NCBI GenBank assembly: GCA_044356455.1
Contig: JBIKWF010000029.1
Location: 1 to 42,107 of the forward strand
Source of the DNA: Bdellovibrionota bacterium
GTDB lineage: Bacteria; Bdellovibrionota_C; UBA2361; JBGSMV01
DNA: 42,107 nt
Direction of reading: 5' to 3'
In this document: positions 34,155-42,107 of the stretch, piece by piece
How positions within the stretch are numbered: the stretch's first letter is position 1
How the letters are laid out: the number at the start of each line of letters is the position of its first letter
Translations under genes and position numbers: made by a program
The notes under the pieces: generated by a model
The model's input: the letters and a program-made list of their open reading frames with translations, nothing else
Told to the model about the DNA's origin: nothing
Database searches by the model: none

Positions 34155-37100
34155 AGTGCGGCGATGCGCTCACGCAGCGCGCCGGCATCGCGCTCAAGAG
34201 CGCTCCGATGAATGAGTGCAACCCCAAGCTCGTCAAGCAGTACGGACCATTCTTTTCCCAAATCGCCGGGCGTATTTATAAGTCTGCTTAGTGTGGCCTC
34301 GATAGTGCGCACGCTCTCGGGGCGCAGCATAAGCTCCTCTTGGCTAAGCGAGCTTGCGAACTGAGCCAATCCCTCGGAGCGCTCCACGGTGCCCGACTCC
34401 ATTGCATCGACGAGATCCCAAACCTCAAGTCTCTTCTCGATGAGGTCAAGAAGCCTTGCAGCACGCTCTTGAATGACTCCTTTGTTCTCCGCTTCTTCCC
34501 TGCCCTCTAGCTCACCAAAAAATAGCTCCCACGCACGCTTCACAGCATCGGTTCTCGCCTCAGCGTTTCGCCCAGGCCGCCCCTGATCGAGCATATGTGC
34601 GAGGTCAAAGTACATCGAGAGGAATCGCATTCCATCAACCATTTCGTCAGCACTCGAACTGGTCCTGAACCCAGCGGTGGCCATGTGTGGAACGAGGGCC
34701 TTGAGATTACGGGGGTGAACTCGCATTGCGATGATATCAGCATCACTTCGCATCTGGTGCAGTAGGAGCGCATTGGTAAGTTTTGAATACAGCAGCGGGT
34801 CAATCTCTTTTGAGCGGGGATCTACCGCTATCGCGATGCACAGGGCGGCATTTCCATGCTTGCCGTACCGCGCCGACATCTGAGGCTTTATAGTTTCCGC
34901 ATCCACTGGGTTGGCATAAAGCATGAACCCAAGAATCTCACCGGCTCGGTCTCGATAAGCGACAAGTGCGGTGCCCTTGCGCATAAAATCAGCAAAACGC
35001 GCTGGACTCATATCGCCGTACATCATCCCATGCAGACTCCCCGCGGGACCTTCGATGTCATTTCGTGCCATCTCCATAAGTTGTGAGACCCGCAAGAGAT
35101 CCCGTCCATTCAAGCTCTCGTCGTAGGTTATATTCGAGTATCCTGCAGGCCCCGGAAGATGGAGCAGCAGTTCCCCTAGCCTCGCGTCAACACCATCAAG
35201 CGCTTCCCTCACTCTAAGCCAGGCTGGGGTCTTCTTGTTCTCAAGATGAGGGCTGATATAGCTCTTCAGTTCCTCACGAAGCGCAGCGAGCGATCCCGTT
35301 GTTGCCGGGAGCGCGCTAGAAGCACCCACCTCAATGTCCACTGCAAGACAGGCGCTCTTTAATTCCTCAATGTCGCTGGCAAGGCTCTTGAGAGTTCGAG
35401 CAAGTCCCGTGAAGACAGAAGACGAGAGATTGGCGTCGGATCGATCAAAGCGATCTACGGCCTGATTCGAGATCTCAATTTGCGCTCGCGCCGCTTCACA
35501 CTGCACAGACTCGCTCCACGTCTGGACAAACCGCATGAACGCGTTTCGTGAGTATAGGGGAGACTCCTTTCGACCTACCGACTGATCGCGCGCAAATGCG
35601 GCACTAAGGCCAAGTTCTTCAAGCGCGCTGCCTATCTTCTGAGAAGAATTCTCTACAATGCGAACTTGGGGAAAGGCACCGGGGTCCCGCGAGCGTGCCG
35701 CCGCCACTTCGCTAATCAAGCCGTCGGCTGTGTCGCCACCGCCCGTCACTGCAACGATTGACCATCCTTTCTCAAGCCACGTCTGCAGTTCAGCTTGAGC
35801 ATGCTCAGACTCTCCCGACAGGATCAGGACCGGTTTACAAAGATACTGCTCGAGGGTCTCTCCAAGTTTCTCTATCTGCCACGCTTCGTGCTCATACACA
35901 CGCTCGCGCGAGGTGAGGCCATCCTGTTCAATAAAATCATCAAGACCAAGCGCCTGAACCTCTAAGCGTTTCGCCTGCTCATGGGGTTTCCCGCGCCTTT
36001 CTGCCTGCTCGTATTCTACTAATTCGTGGGCGAGTGCCTGTAAATCCGGAGGCAATGTTTCCTTTGCATGAGCCCTCTGCGCCGAGAGTGCGGCTGCATC
36101 AGACGTAAAGCTTAGGAATCCGTCGAAGGACTGAATGAAGCTAGGCTCAACGGGACCGTCGAACTCAAGGTGCTGCCGTCCCGTGACCCGAACAAAGATA
36201 GGAAGCCGTGCATTGGTTACTAGGGAGCAGAGGCGTTCAAGTCCTCCGGGCGCCGGTCCCGCTTCAAGTGTGCGTTCACCGTCTAAGCTGCCTTCATGAG
36301 GCGCAAGTTTCGAGCCGAGCAGTCTGAGCGCGTCATCTACTTGCAGAAATTGGCGCCGAATAGGATGTGGACGCAACCCAGGATTATTGTGCGCAATTAT
36401 GTGGCGCTGCGCACAGTCTGCTGGAGCTGCGCTCTCAAGCATCATCGGCTCATTGCCCTGCCACCACAGGATCTTTGACGTACCGTCGGAGCTCTGGGTG
36501 AGTACCTCACCGCGCCAAAGGTGAGTTCCCTCATGAAGCTTGGAGAGCCGCTGTCCACTCTCTACGGGCTCAGACAGTTCTGTTTCGCCATCCCCGCGCC
36601 AAACGGCTGCGCTTCTTTCCCATGACTGGACATCATTGTTCCTTGCCAAGTGAAGCCACGCCACACCCCCGCGTCGCACGGTTTCAATTTGTTCTAACGC
36701 GAACCTCTCTGTGGTGAGAACCACATCGTCAGCAGCTTGTATGCTCAAAAGTTTAGCTTCGAATAAGCCCTTCTCCGGGGAACACTTCCCCGGTTGCAAG
36801 AAAATGAGATGGTCTACCCCGCCAATGGTAAGAATGTCTCCTTGCTGTGGCACGTAAGAAACACTGGGCTCAAAGGACCTGGCGTTTCTTGAGACAACCA
36901 TTTCTGTAGCTGCAAGCAGATGATCAGCAACCTGCTGAACTCTGCGACACGCAGCTCCTCCTTGCCGTGATTCGAGTATGCGAGTGGCGTTTGTGATGGA
37001 CTGATGCAGTTCCTTAACGGCGGCGTAGAAACTTTCAGATTCTCTTTCTTGATGATTACATTGTTCCTCAGAGCATTGGCGAGATCCCGGAGCGTTCCCA

Positions 37101-37693
37101 CAAATCGGCGCAAGGGAGTTCTCTACTTGCCACATGCCATACACCATGGCACTCGACATATCTTGTAGTGCGCCCAGCAATCGTTCGCGCCCAGAAAAAC
37201 TGGGGACGGAGCTCAAGGCATCATTGATTAATTGTGAAGCTTGGTTTGAAAGGTCGGCGAAGTATTCGACTCCCCGCTCCTCTAAGGAGTCAAACCACAA
37301 CTCAGGCCGTTTGAAGATCTCAATGGGCCATTCCTTCCGGTCGCGAGCGGGAGCGCTGCAGGCATTCAGAAGGAACTGTGTCTCCGTTGAGATAGGCCTT
37401 GCACCCTGAATCGCAGCAAGGAGGAACTCTGGATCGCCTCCGTGCATTACGATCCCACGCGAGCTCACTATCATGTGCTCGTCTGAAGTGCCCTTGCTTC
37501 CAAGACTCGTCCGAAGTTCCACCGAGATACCGCACACCAACTCCGTGAGTCGAATGAAGCTACGCTCTGACGCCTGAAGACAGACCTCTCCGTTACGGCC
37601 TATTGCTTTCTCGGCGCAGGCAAACAAGTCCGCCGAGGGCGCGGAACGAGATGGTGAAGTATGAGTAGAGCTCTCAGCAATTTTCGTAGGCAT
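34151..37693 (-). CDS. Large multidomain protein with a SLOG-like segment and a GNAT acetyltransferase-like domain
   Basis: KPVLILSGESEHAQAEL...GWSIVAVTGGGDTADGL (SLOG/LSDAT-like); LVAYRDRAGEILGFML...IAIAVDPRSK...RVHPRNLKAL...AGF (GNAT). Confidence 0.6.
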   Translation of the reverse strand: MPTKIAESSTHTSPSRSAPSADLFACAEKAIGRNGEVCLQASERSFIRLTELVCGISVELRTSLGSKGTSDEHMIVSSRGIVMHGGDPEFLLAAIQGARPISTETQFLLNACSAPARDRKEWPIEIFKRPELWFDSLEERGVEYFADLSNQASQLINDALSSVPSFSGRERLLGALQDMSSAMVYGMWQVENSLAPICGNAPGSRQCSEEQCNHQERESESFYAAVKELHQSITNATRILESRQGGAACRRVQQVADHLLAATEMVVSRNARSFEPSVSYVPQQGDILTIGGVDHLIFLQPGKCSPEKGLFEAKLLSIQAADDVVLTTERFALEQIETVRRGGVAWLHLARNNDVQSWERSAAVWRGDGETELSEPVESGQRLSKLHEGTHLWRGEVLTQSSDGTSKILWWQGNEPMMLESAAPADCAQRHIIAHNNPGLRPHPIRRQFLQVDDALRLLGSKLAPHEGSLDGERTLEAGPAPGGLERLCSLVTNARLPIFVRVTGRQHLEFDGPVEPSFIQSFDGFLSFTSDAAALSAQRAHAKETLPPDLQALAHELVEYEQAERRGKPHEQAKRLEVQALGLDDFIEQDGLTSRERVYEHEAWQIEKLGETLEQYLCKPVLILSGESEHAQAELQTWLEKGWSIVAVTGGGDTADGLISEVAAARSRDPGAFPQVRIVENSSQKIGSALEELGLSAAFARDQSVGRKESPLYSRNAFMRFVQTWSESVQCEAARAQIEISNQAVDRFDRSDANLSSSVFTGLARTLKSLASDIEELKSACLAVDIEVGASSALPATTGSLAALREELKSYISPHLENKKTPAWLRVREALDGVDARLGELLLHLPGPAGYSNITYDESLNGRDLLRVSQLMEMARNDIEGPAGSLHGMMYGDMSPARFADFMRKGTALVAYRDRAGEILGFMLYANPVDAETIKPQMSARYGKHGNAALCIAIAVDPRSKEIDPLLYSKLTNALLLHQMRSDADIIAMRVHPRNLKALVPHMATAGFRTSSSADEMVDGMRFLSMYFDLAHMLDQGRPGRNAEARTDAVKRAWELFFGELEGREEAENKGVIQERAARLLDLIEKRLEVWDLVDAMESGTVERSEGLAQFASSLSQEELMLRPESVRTIEATLSRLINTPGDLGKEWSVLLDELGVALIHRSALERDAGALRERIAAL

Positions 37694-38017
37694 AACAATA
37701 CGATATGTCGATTGTTATGAGAGAATTCGAAGCTGCTAGGGCATAGCGAGAATTCCTCAGCTCCAAGAGCGCGAAACGTCAGTATTTGCCTATAATTCGA
37801 GCCCTCTCACCACTCGCCGGCCTCGCCGGGATAAGTGGATTCCGAAGAACGGTGCTACTTGTATTTCGGAGAAGCTTACATTTTTAACACTTTGTACAGA
37901 GAGCACGGCCCGCAGTTCATGAATCCGGCCTGCCCGAACGCATCAAACTCACCGAGATTCAGGTAGACCATCGGCAATAGTTTGTTATTGCTCACTGGGA
38001 GTCCGAATGAGCGAGCT

Positions 38018-38200
38018 CCTCTAACCTTTTATATCTCACGGGATCCCTTCGGGTCCGTGAGATTACCGTTGAAAATTGGCCATCCGGGCCAATTTTCAAC
38101 ATCGCCCCCTCTCCGTTCGCCACGACAGAGTGTCGAACTGCGAGGAGGCTCCAAATCGCTCCCTTCGGTCGCGATTTGCTAACGCCATCCGGGCGTTAGC
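38018..38200. repeat. Multi-hairpin structured repeat, copy 1
   Basis: First ~120 bp match 41741-41860 with about 5 differences; five consecutive stem-loops, two with ATCCG loops and two with TTCG-containing loops. Confidence 0.9.
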
Positions 38201-38248
38201 TAGCCGTCATTGCTCACAGCCCGTCGGGGCTGTGAGCAATGACGGCTA
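38201..38248. repeat. Perfect 22-bp palindromic element (REP/MITE-like)
   Basis: TAGCCGTCATTGCTCACAGCCC-GTCG-GGGCTGTGAGCAATGACGGCTA. Confidence 0.8.
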
Positions 38249-38502
38249 AGAAAGCGCTGCACCAAATTACGAATCCGCGCGCGCACTAAATGCTTAGGCG
38301 GAAACAAGCCCAAAGATCTGCCGGGTTTCCTGAGCCTAACTTGCTCAAGACTCTTCGTGGCTTAGTACAACGCTGGCAAAGGCTAACCGCTCAAAACCTT
38401 CTTCGGGAAAAATAAACTATGGTAACCTCCTGAATCTAAGCCTTAAAGTAGTTCTCAAGGAGAAAGGCCTAGGTGTCGTTACTACAGGAGGGTGAATGAC
38501 CT

Positions 38503-38928
38503 ATGGTTAATCCTGAGAACTTCCACGCGCGATATGAGAGCCGCATCCTTATCGTAGACGACGACCCGGATTGCCGTCTCTTGATCACCACCCTTATTGA
38601 AAGGTTCGGTGGCGAGGCAACTGCGGTTTCTGATAGCTCCTTTGCCCTAGAAGCGTACAGAACTCATTCAGTCGAGCGGCCCTTTGACCTCATCCTGCTC
38701 GATATTCGCATGCCTCTTCTGAATGGAAACCATTTAGCGGCCCAAGTGAGGGCGAATGGTTACCAAGGGATGCTCGCTGCGCTAACCGCCACCGAAGGTG
38801 GGCAGGAACAGAATGAAAAGAATGTTTTCGATCACTACGTGCTGAAGCAGCACCTCTCTGCCGAGTCCCTCAAAGCACTGTTGAGGAAGGCTGGAAAGAA
38901 CAAGGCCTACTCGCAAAAGCCCGGTTAA
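38503..38928 (+). CDS. Single-domain response regulator (REC)
   Basis: ILIVDDD, LLDIRMP, ALTA; GGAGG upstream. Confidence 0.9.
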   Translation: MVNPENFHARYESRILIVDDDPDCRLLITTLIERFGGEATAVSDSSFALEAYRTHSVERPFDLILLDIRMPLLNGNHLAAQVRANGYQGMLAALTATEGGQEQNEKNVFDHYVLKQHLSAESLKALLRKAGKNKAYSQKPG

Positions 38929-38938
38929 AGGAGACTTC

Positions 38939-41731
38939 ATGAGCGTCCAAGCCCCCCCCATTCCACTCGATGAGGCGAAGCGTCTCGAAGCGCTCTCCCG
39001 CTACAAAGTGCTCGACACTCTCCCGGAGAGCGCTTTTCAGGAACTTGTGGAGCTCGCTTCGAAAATCTGCGATGCCCCCATTTCCCTCATTTCGCTGGTT
39101 GAGAGGGATCGACAGTGGTTCAAAGCTAGGGTCGGTCTCGCTGCTACGCAGACATCACGCCAAGTATCATTCTGCGCCCATGCAGTTATGGGGACGGAAA
39201 CTTTCGTGGTCCCGGATGCGACTCAGGACCCACGGTTCTCAACAAATCCTCTAGTACTCGGCGACCCCTCGATTAGGCTCTATGCCGGGGCTCCGCTCGT
39301 AACACCGGACGGATACAGAATTGGAACTCTCTGCGTTATCGATAACAAGCCCAGGAGGTTGAGCGACCATCAGCTAAACTCTCTTCGAATTCTCGCGAAT
39401 CAAGTAATTAGCCAACTTGAGCTGCGACTCAATATAGAGCAGCAGGCAGAAACGTACCGGGCACTCCAGACCACTGAGGCCCGTTACCGCGCGTTGAGCG
39501 ACGCGTCTCCCCTTGGAATTTTTGGTACTGACTCTGATGGTAACTGCCACTACGTGAACCCAAGATACTCGGAGCTCTCTGGGCTATCGAACGAAGAGTG
39601 CCTTGGAACCGGATGGCTCCGGAGCATTCATCCCGAGGACCGGGAGCGCGTAAATCAGGAATGGTATACGGCTGCAAGAAACGATCAAGAGTATTCGAGC
39701 ATCCATCGATTTCTACAGCCGGATGGGACAATCCATTGGGCACGCGTCCGAGCAGCGGCGATTCGAGAGCCTGGAAGACTACTCGGATACGTTGGTACGA
39801 CAGAGAACGTAACTCGGTGGAAGGAGTCTGAGGAGTCGCGCAGAGCGAGCGAAGCGCGCCTTAGACTCGCCACTGCGTCAGGACAGGTGGGGATCTGGGA
39901 ATGGGACGTTTCGACGAATACGCTCTCATGGGACGACTCCATGCTCGTCATCTATGGTGTTGAACGCCATGATTTCTCAAATGCCTACGAGACATGGTCC
40001 GGTGCAGTCTTTCAGGAAGACCGCAGCGAAGCGGAAAAATTGCTGCAAGCAGCCCTTGGAGGAGAGGGCGAATTCAGCACCATCTTTCGAATCAAGAGGC
40101 CCAACGGGGAGATTCGATTTATCCAAGCGGCAGGTGCGGTAGAGCGTTCGTCCACTGGGGCCGCGCTCCGAATGATCGGCTCGAACGTAGATATCACCGC
40201 TCTAAAAATGGCTGAGCAGGAAGCGCTCCTTGCAAGCCAGGCGCGCGCCCAGTTCTTGTCCAACATGAGTCATGAAATTAGAACTCCTCTGACTGCCATC
40301 ATAGGATTCGCTGAGGCTGCGGCGGAGGATTCCATAGCGACAATCGATCGCACTGAGATGCTCAGCACCATCTCGCGCAATGGAAAGCATCTACTCTCGG
40401 TAATTAATGACATACTCGACCTTTCAAAGATTGACGCGGGCGCTCTGCACGTCGAGCAGGCACCGATATCACCTGTCACCCTCATTGATGAGGTCCGTGA
40501 GTTAATGATTCCGCGAGTCTCTGAGAAAGCGCTCTCACTAATCGTGAACTATGAGTGGCCACTCCCAGAAGTGGTAGTAAGTGATGGTTTAAAGTTTAAG
40601 CAGGTGCTTTTGAATTTAATCGGGAATGCAGTCAAGTTCACTGATCAAGGATGGGTCCAGGTACATGTGTCATGTGCAACCGAAGCGCAGAGGATGACCA
40701 TTAGAGTAGAAGACTCCGGGGTAGGGCTCACACCGGAGCAATCCGCGCGGCTCTTTAAGCCTTTTGCGCAAGCTGACGCAAGTACCAGTCGTCAATACGG
40801 TGGTAGCGGGCTTGGCTTAGTCATCTCGAAACAGCTCGTTGAGCTACTCGGAGGATCTCTTTCGATGGAGAGTCAGTTAGGAAAGGGAACTACCGTCACC
40901 TTCTCGCTTGCTACTGGACCACTCTCCGATGTGAAGCAGTTATTCGCCATTCCTCAGAAGGAGTCTGCTCACACGGAGGTTTCAAACTCTGAAGCCTTAC
41001 TAGAAGGTCGAATTCTAGTCGCTGAAGATGCTTTGGATAATCAAAAATTACTTGCCTTTGCACTTCGAAAAACTGGCATTGAAATGAAGGTGGTAAATAA
41101 CGGACAGGAAGCAGTCGAGGCGGCGCTTTCTGAAGAGTTTGATATGTTGCTCTTGGACATGCAGATGCCAATTATGGATGGCTATACCGCCGCTCGCGAA
41201 CTTCGGCAGAGAGGGCTCAAGATACCAATCGTCGCATTCACCGCGAATTCCATGAAGCACGATGTGCTCAAATGCGTTGAAGCGGGGTGTACCACGCATC
41301 TGCCAAAGCCATTTTCAAAAGAACAGTTACTCAAAGTACTCAAGACTCAGCTCGCTGCATCAGAGAGAATACGACCTAAGGCCGTGCCACTTATAAGCGC
41401 TATGTTCGAGGAGGATCGTGAACGCCTTGCGATACTTGTCGACTTCATCGAAGGCATGCGTTTGCGGCTTGAGGAGCTCGGCACTGCCATCACGAATGGT
41501 AATTTTGCACGACTCACCGACGGCGCGCACCGGCTTTATAGAAGTGCTGGAATGTTTGGGTATCCTCGGCTTGCAACGCTCGCGGGTGACCTTGAGTCGG
41601 CGGCCGAACGGCACTCCATAGTCCGTTGCCAGGAGCTTCTTGTAGAAATTCGCCAGCTAAATCTTGAGATTCTACAAGGCATGCTCGTTATGAAAGAGTG
41701 CTCCTCGACATCTGAATTACCCAAATCATAA
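38939..41731 (+). CDS. Cytoplasmic hybrid histidine kinase (GAF-PAS-PAS-HisKA-HATPase-REC-Hpt)
   Basis: GAF (RQWFKA, YAGAPL), two PAS/PAC, FLSNMSHEIRTPL, NLIGNAVKFT, GGSGLGL, LLDMQMP, AHRLYRSAGMFG; AAGGAG RBS. Confidence 0.93.
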   Translation: MSVQAPPIPLDEAKRLEALSRYKVLDTLPESAFQELVELASKICDAPISLISLVERDRQWFKARVGLAATQTSRQVSFCAHAVMGTETFVVPDATQDPRFSTNPLVLGDPSIRLYAGAPLVTPDGYRIGTLCVIDNKPRRLSDHQLNSLRILANQVISQLELRLNIEQQAETYRALQTTEARYRALSDASPLGIFGTDSDGNCHYVNPRYSELSGLSNEECLGTGWLRSIHPEDRERVNQEWYTAARNDQEYSSIHRFLQPDGTIHWARVRAAAIREPGRLLGYVGTTENVTRWKESEESRRASEARLRLATASGQVGIWEWDVSTNTLSWDDSMLVIYGVERHDFSNAYETWSGAVFQEDRSEAEKLLQAALGGEGEFSTIFRIKRPNGEIRFIQAAGAVERSSTGAALRMIGSNVDITALKMAEQEALLASQARAQFLSNMSHEIRTPLTAIIGFAEAAAEDSIATIDRTEMLSTISRNGKHLLSVINDILDLSKIDAGALHVEQAPISPVTLIDEVRELMIPRVSEKALSLIVNYEWPLPEVVVSDGLKFKQVLLNLIGNAVKFTDQGWVQVHVSCATEAQRMTIRVEDSGVGLTPEQSARLFKPFAQADASTSRQYGGSGLGLVISKQLVELLGGSLSMESQLGKGTTVTFSLATGPLSDVKQLFAIPQKESAHTEVSNSEALLEGRILVAEDALDNQKLLAFALRKTGIEMKVVNNGQEAVEAALSEEFDMLLLDMQMPIMDGYTAARELRQRGLKIPIVAFTANSMKHDVLKCVEAGCTTHLPKPFSKEQLLKVLKTQLAASERIRPKAVPLISAMFEEDRERLAILVDFIEGMRLRLEELGTAITNGNFARLTDGAHRLYRSAGMFGYPRLATLAGDLESAAERHSIVRCQELLVEIRQLNLEILQGMLVMKECSSTSELPKS

Positions 41732-41740
41732 AAGGGCGCC

Positions 41741-42018
41741 CCTCTAACCTTTATATCTCACGGGATCCCTTCGGGTCCGGGAGATTACCGTTAAAAATCG
41801 GCCATCCGGGCCGATTTTCAACATCGCCCCCTCTCCGTTCGCCACGACAGAGTGTCGAACGGAGAGGGGGCTCCGTCGCGTCCCTACGCGCCAAAAGCGC
41901 GATGCTCCCGATGGTCGCGATTTGCTAACGCCATCCCGTCTCCGCGCTGATCGCGCTACGCCGCGGCCCGCAGACGAGGCGCGACGTAGCCGATAGGTGA
42001 ACGCGGCCGGGCGTTAGC
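41741..42018. repeat. Multi-hairpin structured repeat, copy 2, with insertions in its 3' hairpins
   Basis: Same orientation as 38018-38200; starts 10 bp after the kinase stop; extra sequence at about 41875-41910 and 41936-42007. Confidence 0.9.
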
Positions 42019-42021
42019 GAG

Positions 42022-42107
42022 GAGTGTGTCCCGTAGGAACATAAATCTTCATTTTGGACACAATCCGTAGGTGGGCTGTCCCGCTACCACCACAACATGT
42101 AGTGGTC
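42022..42107. mobile_element. MITE-like element, family A, inverted copy truncated by the window end
   Basis: Reverse complement matches 2770-2854 with 2 substitutions. Confidence 0.85.

Noticed and set aside
38250..38500. Riboswitch (e.g. c-di-GMP) upstream of the response regulator
   Set aside because: A GGCAAA is present, but I could not build the required paired stems and tetraloop/receptor.
38018..42020. Integron attC sites (CTAAC...GTTAGC ends, one just after a stop codon)
   Set aside because: The terminal GTTAGC pairs with a local GCTAAC rather than the 5' end, no L-box pairing spans the element, and no integrase is present. IntegronFinder would settle it.

Overview
Bacterial chromosomal window. 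The gene set suggests a Bdellovibrionota/deltaproteobacterial-type organism (inference only). The left third is largely housekeeping: the end of a type II secretion-like gspL-M-N block, a small winged-helix protein, a secreted Thr/Pro-rich protein, a minus-strand ruvA-ruvB-DUF4390-NtrY-like kinase-fbp run, and a PBP1b-type class A PBP. The right two-thirds is accessory. It holds three very large orphan proteins (a transglutaminase + DUF58 fusion; a double-GHKL ATPase + HExxH protein; a SLOG-like + GNAT protein), a split membrane-anchored solo Cas4-like nuclease, a bacterial PHPT1/Janus-like phosphohistidine phosphatase, a tandem-MarR regulator, and a response regulator + hybrid kinase pair bracketed by structured direct repeats. 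The intergenic DNA contains a nested set of non-autonomous elements: two MITE-like families at CTAR targets (usually stop codons) with interchangeable internal cargo, one family carrying tandem NrdR-box-like palindromes. I saw no transposase, integrase, CRISPR array, tRNA or rRNA. All family assignments come from motif reading by eye; no database searches were run.
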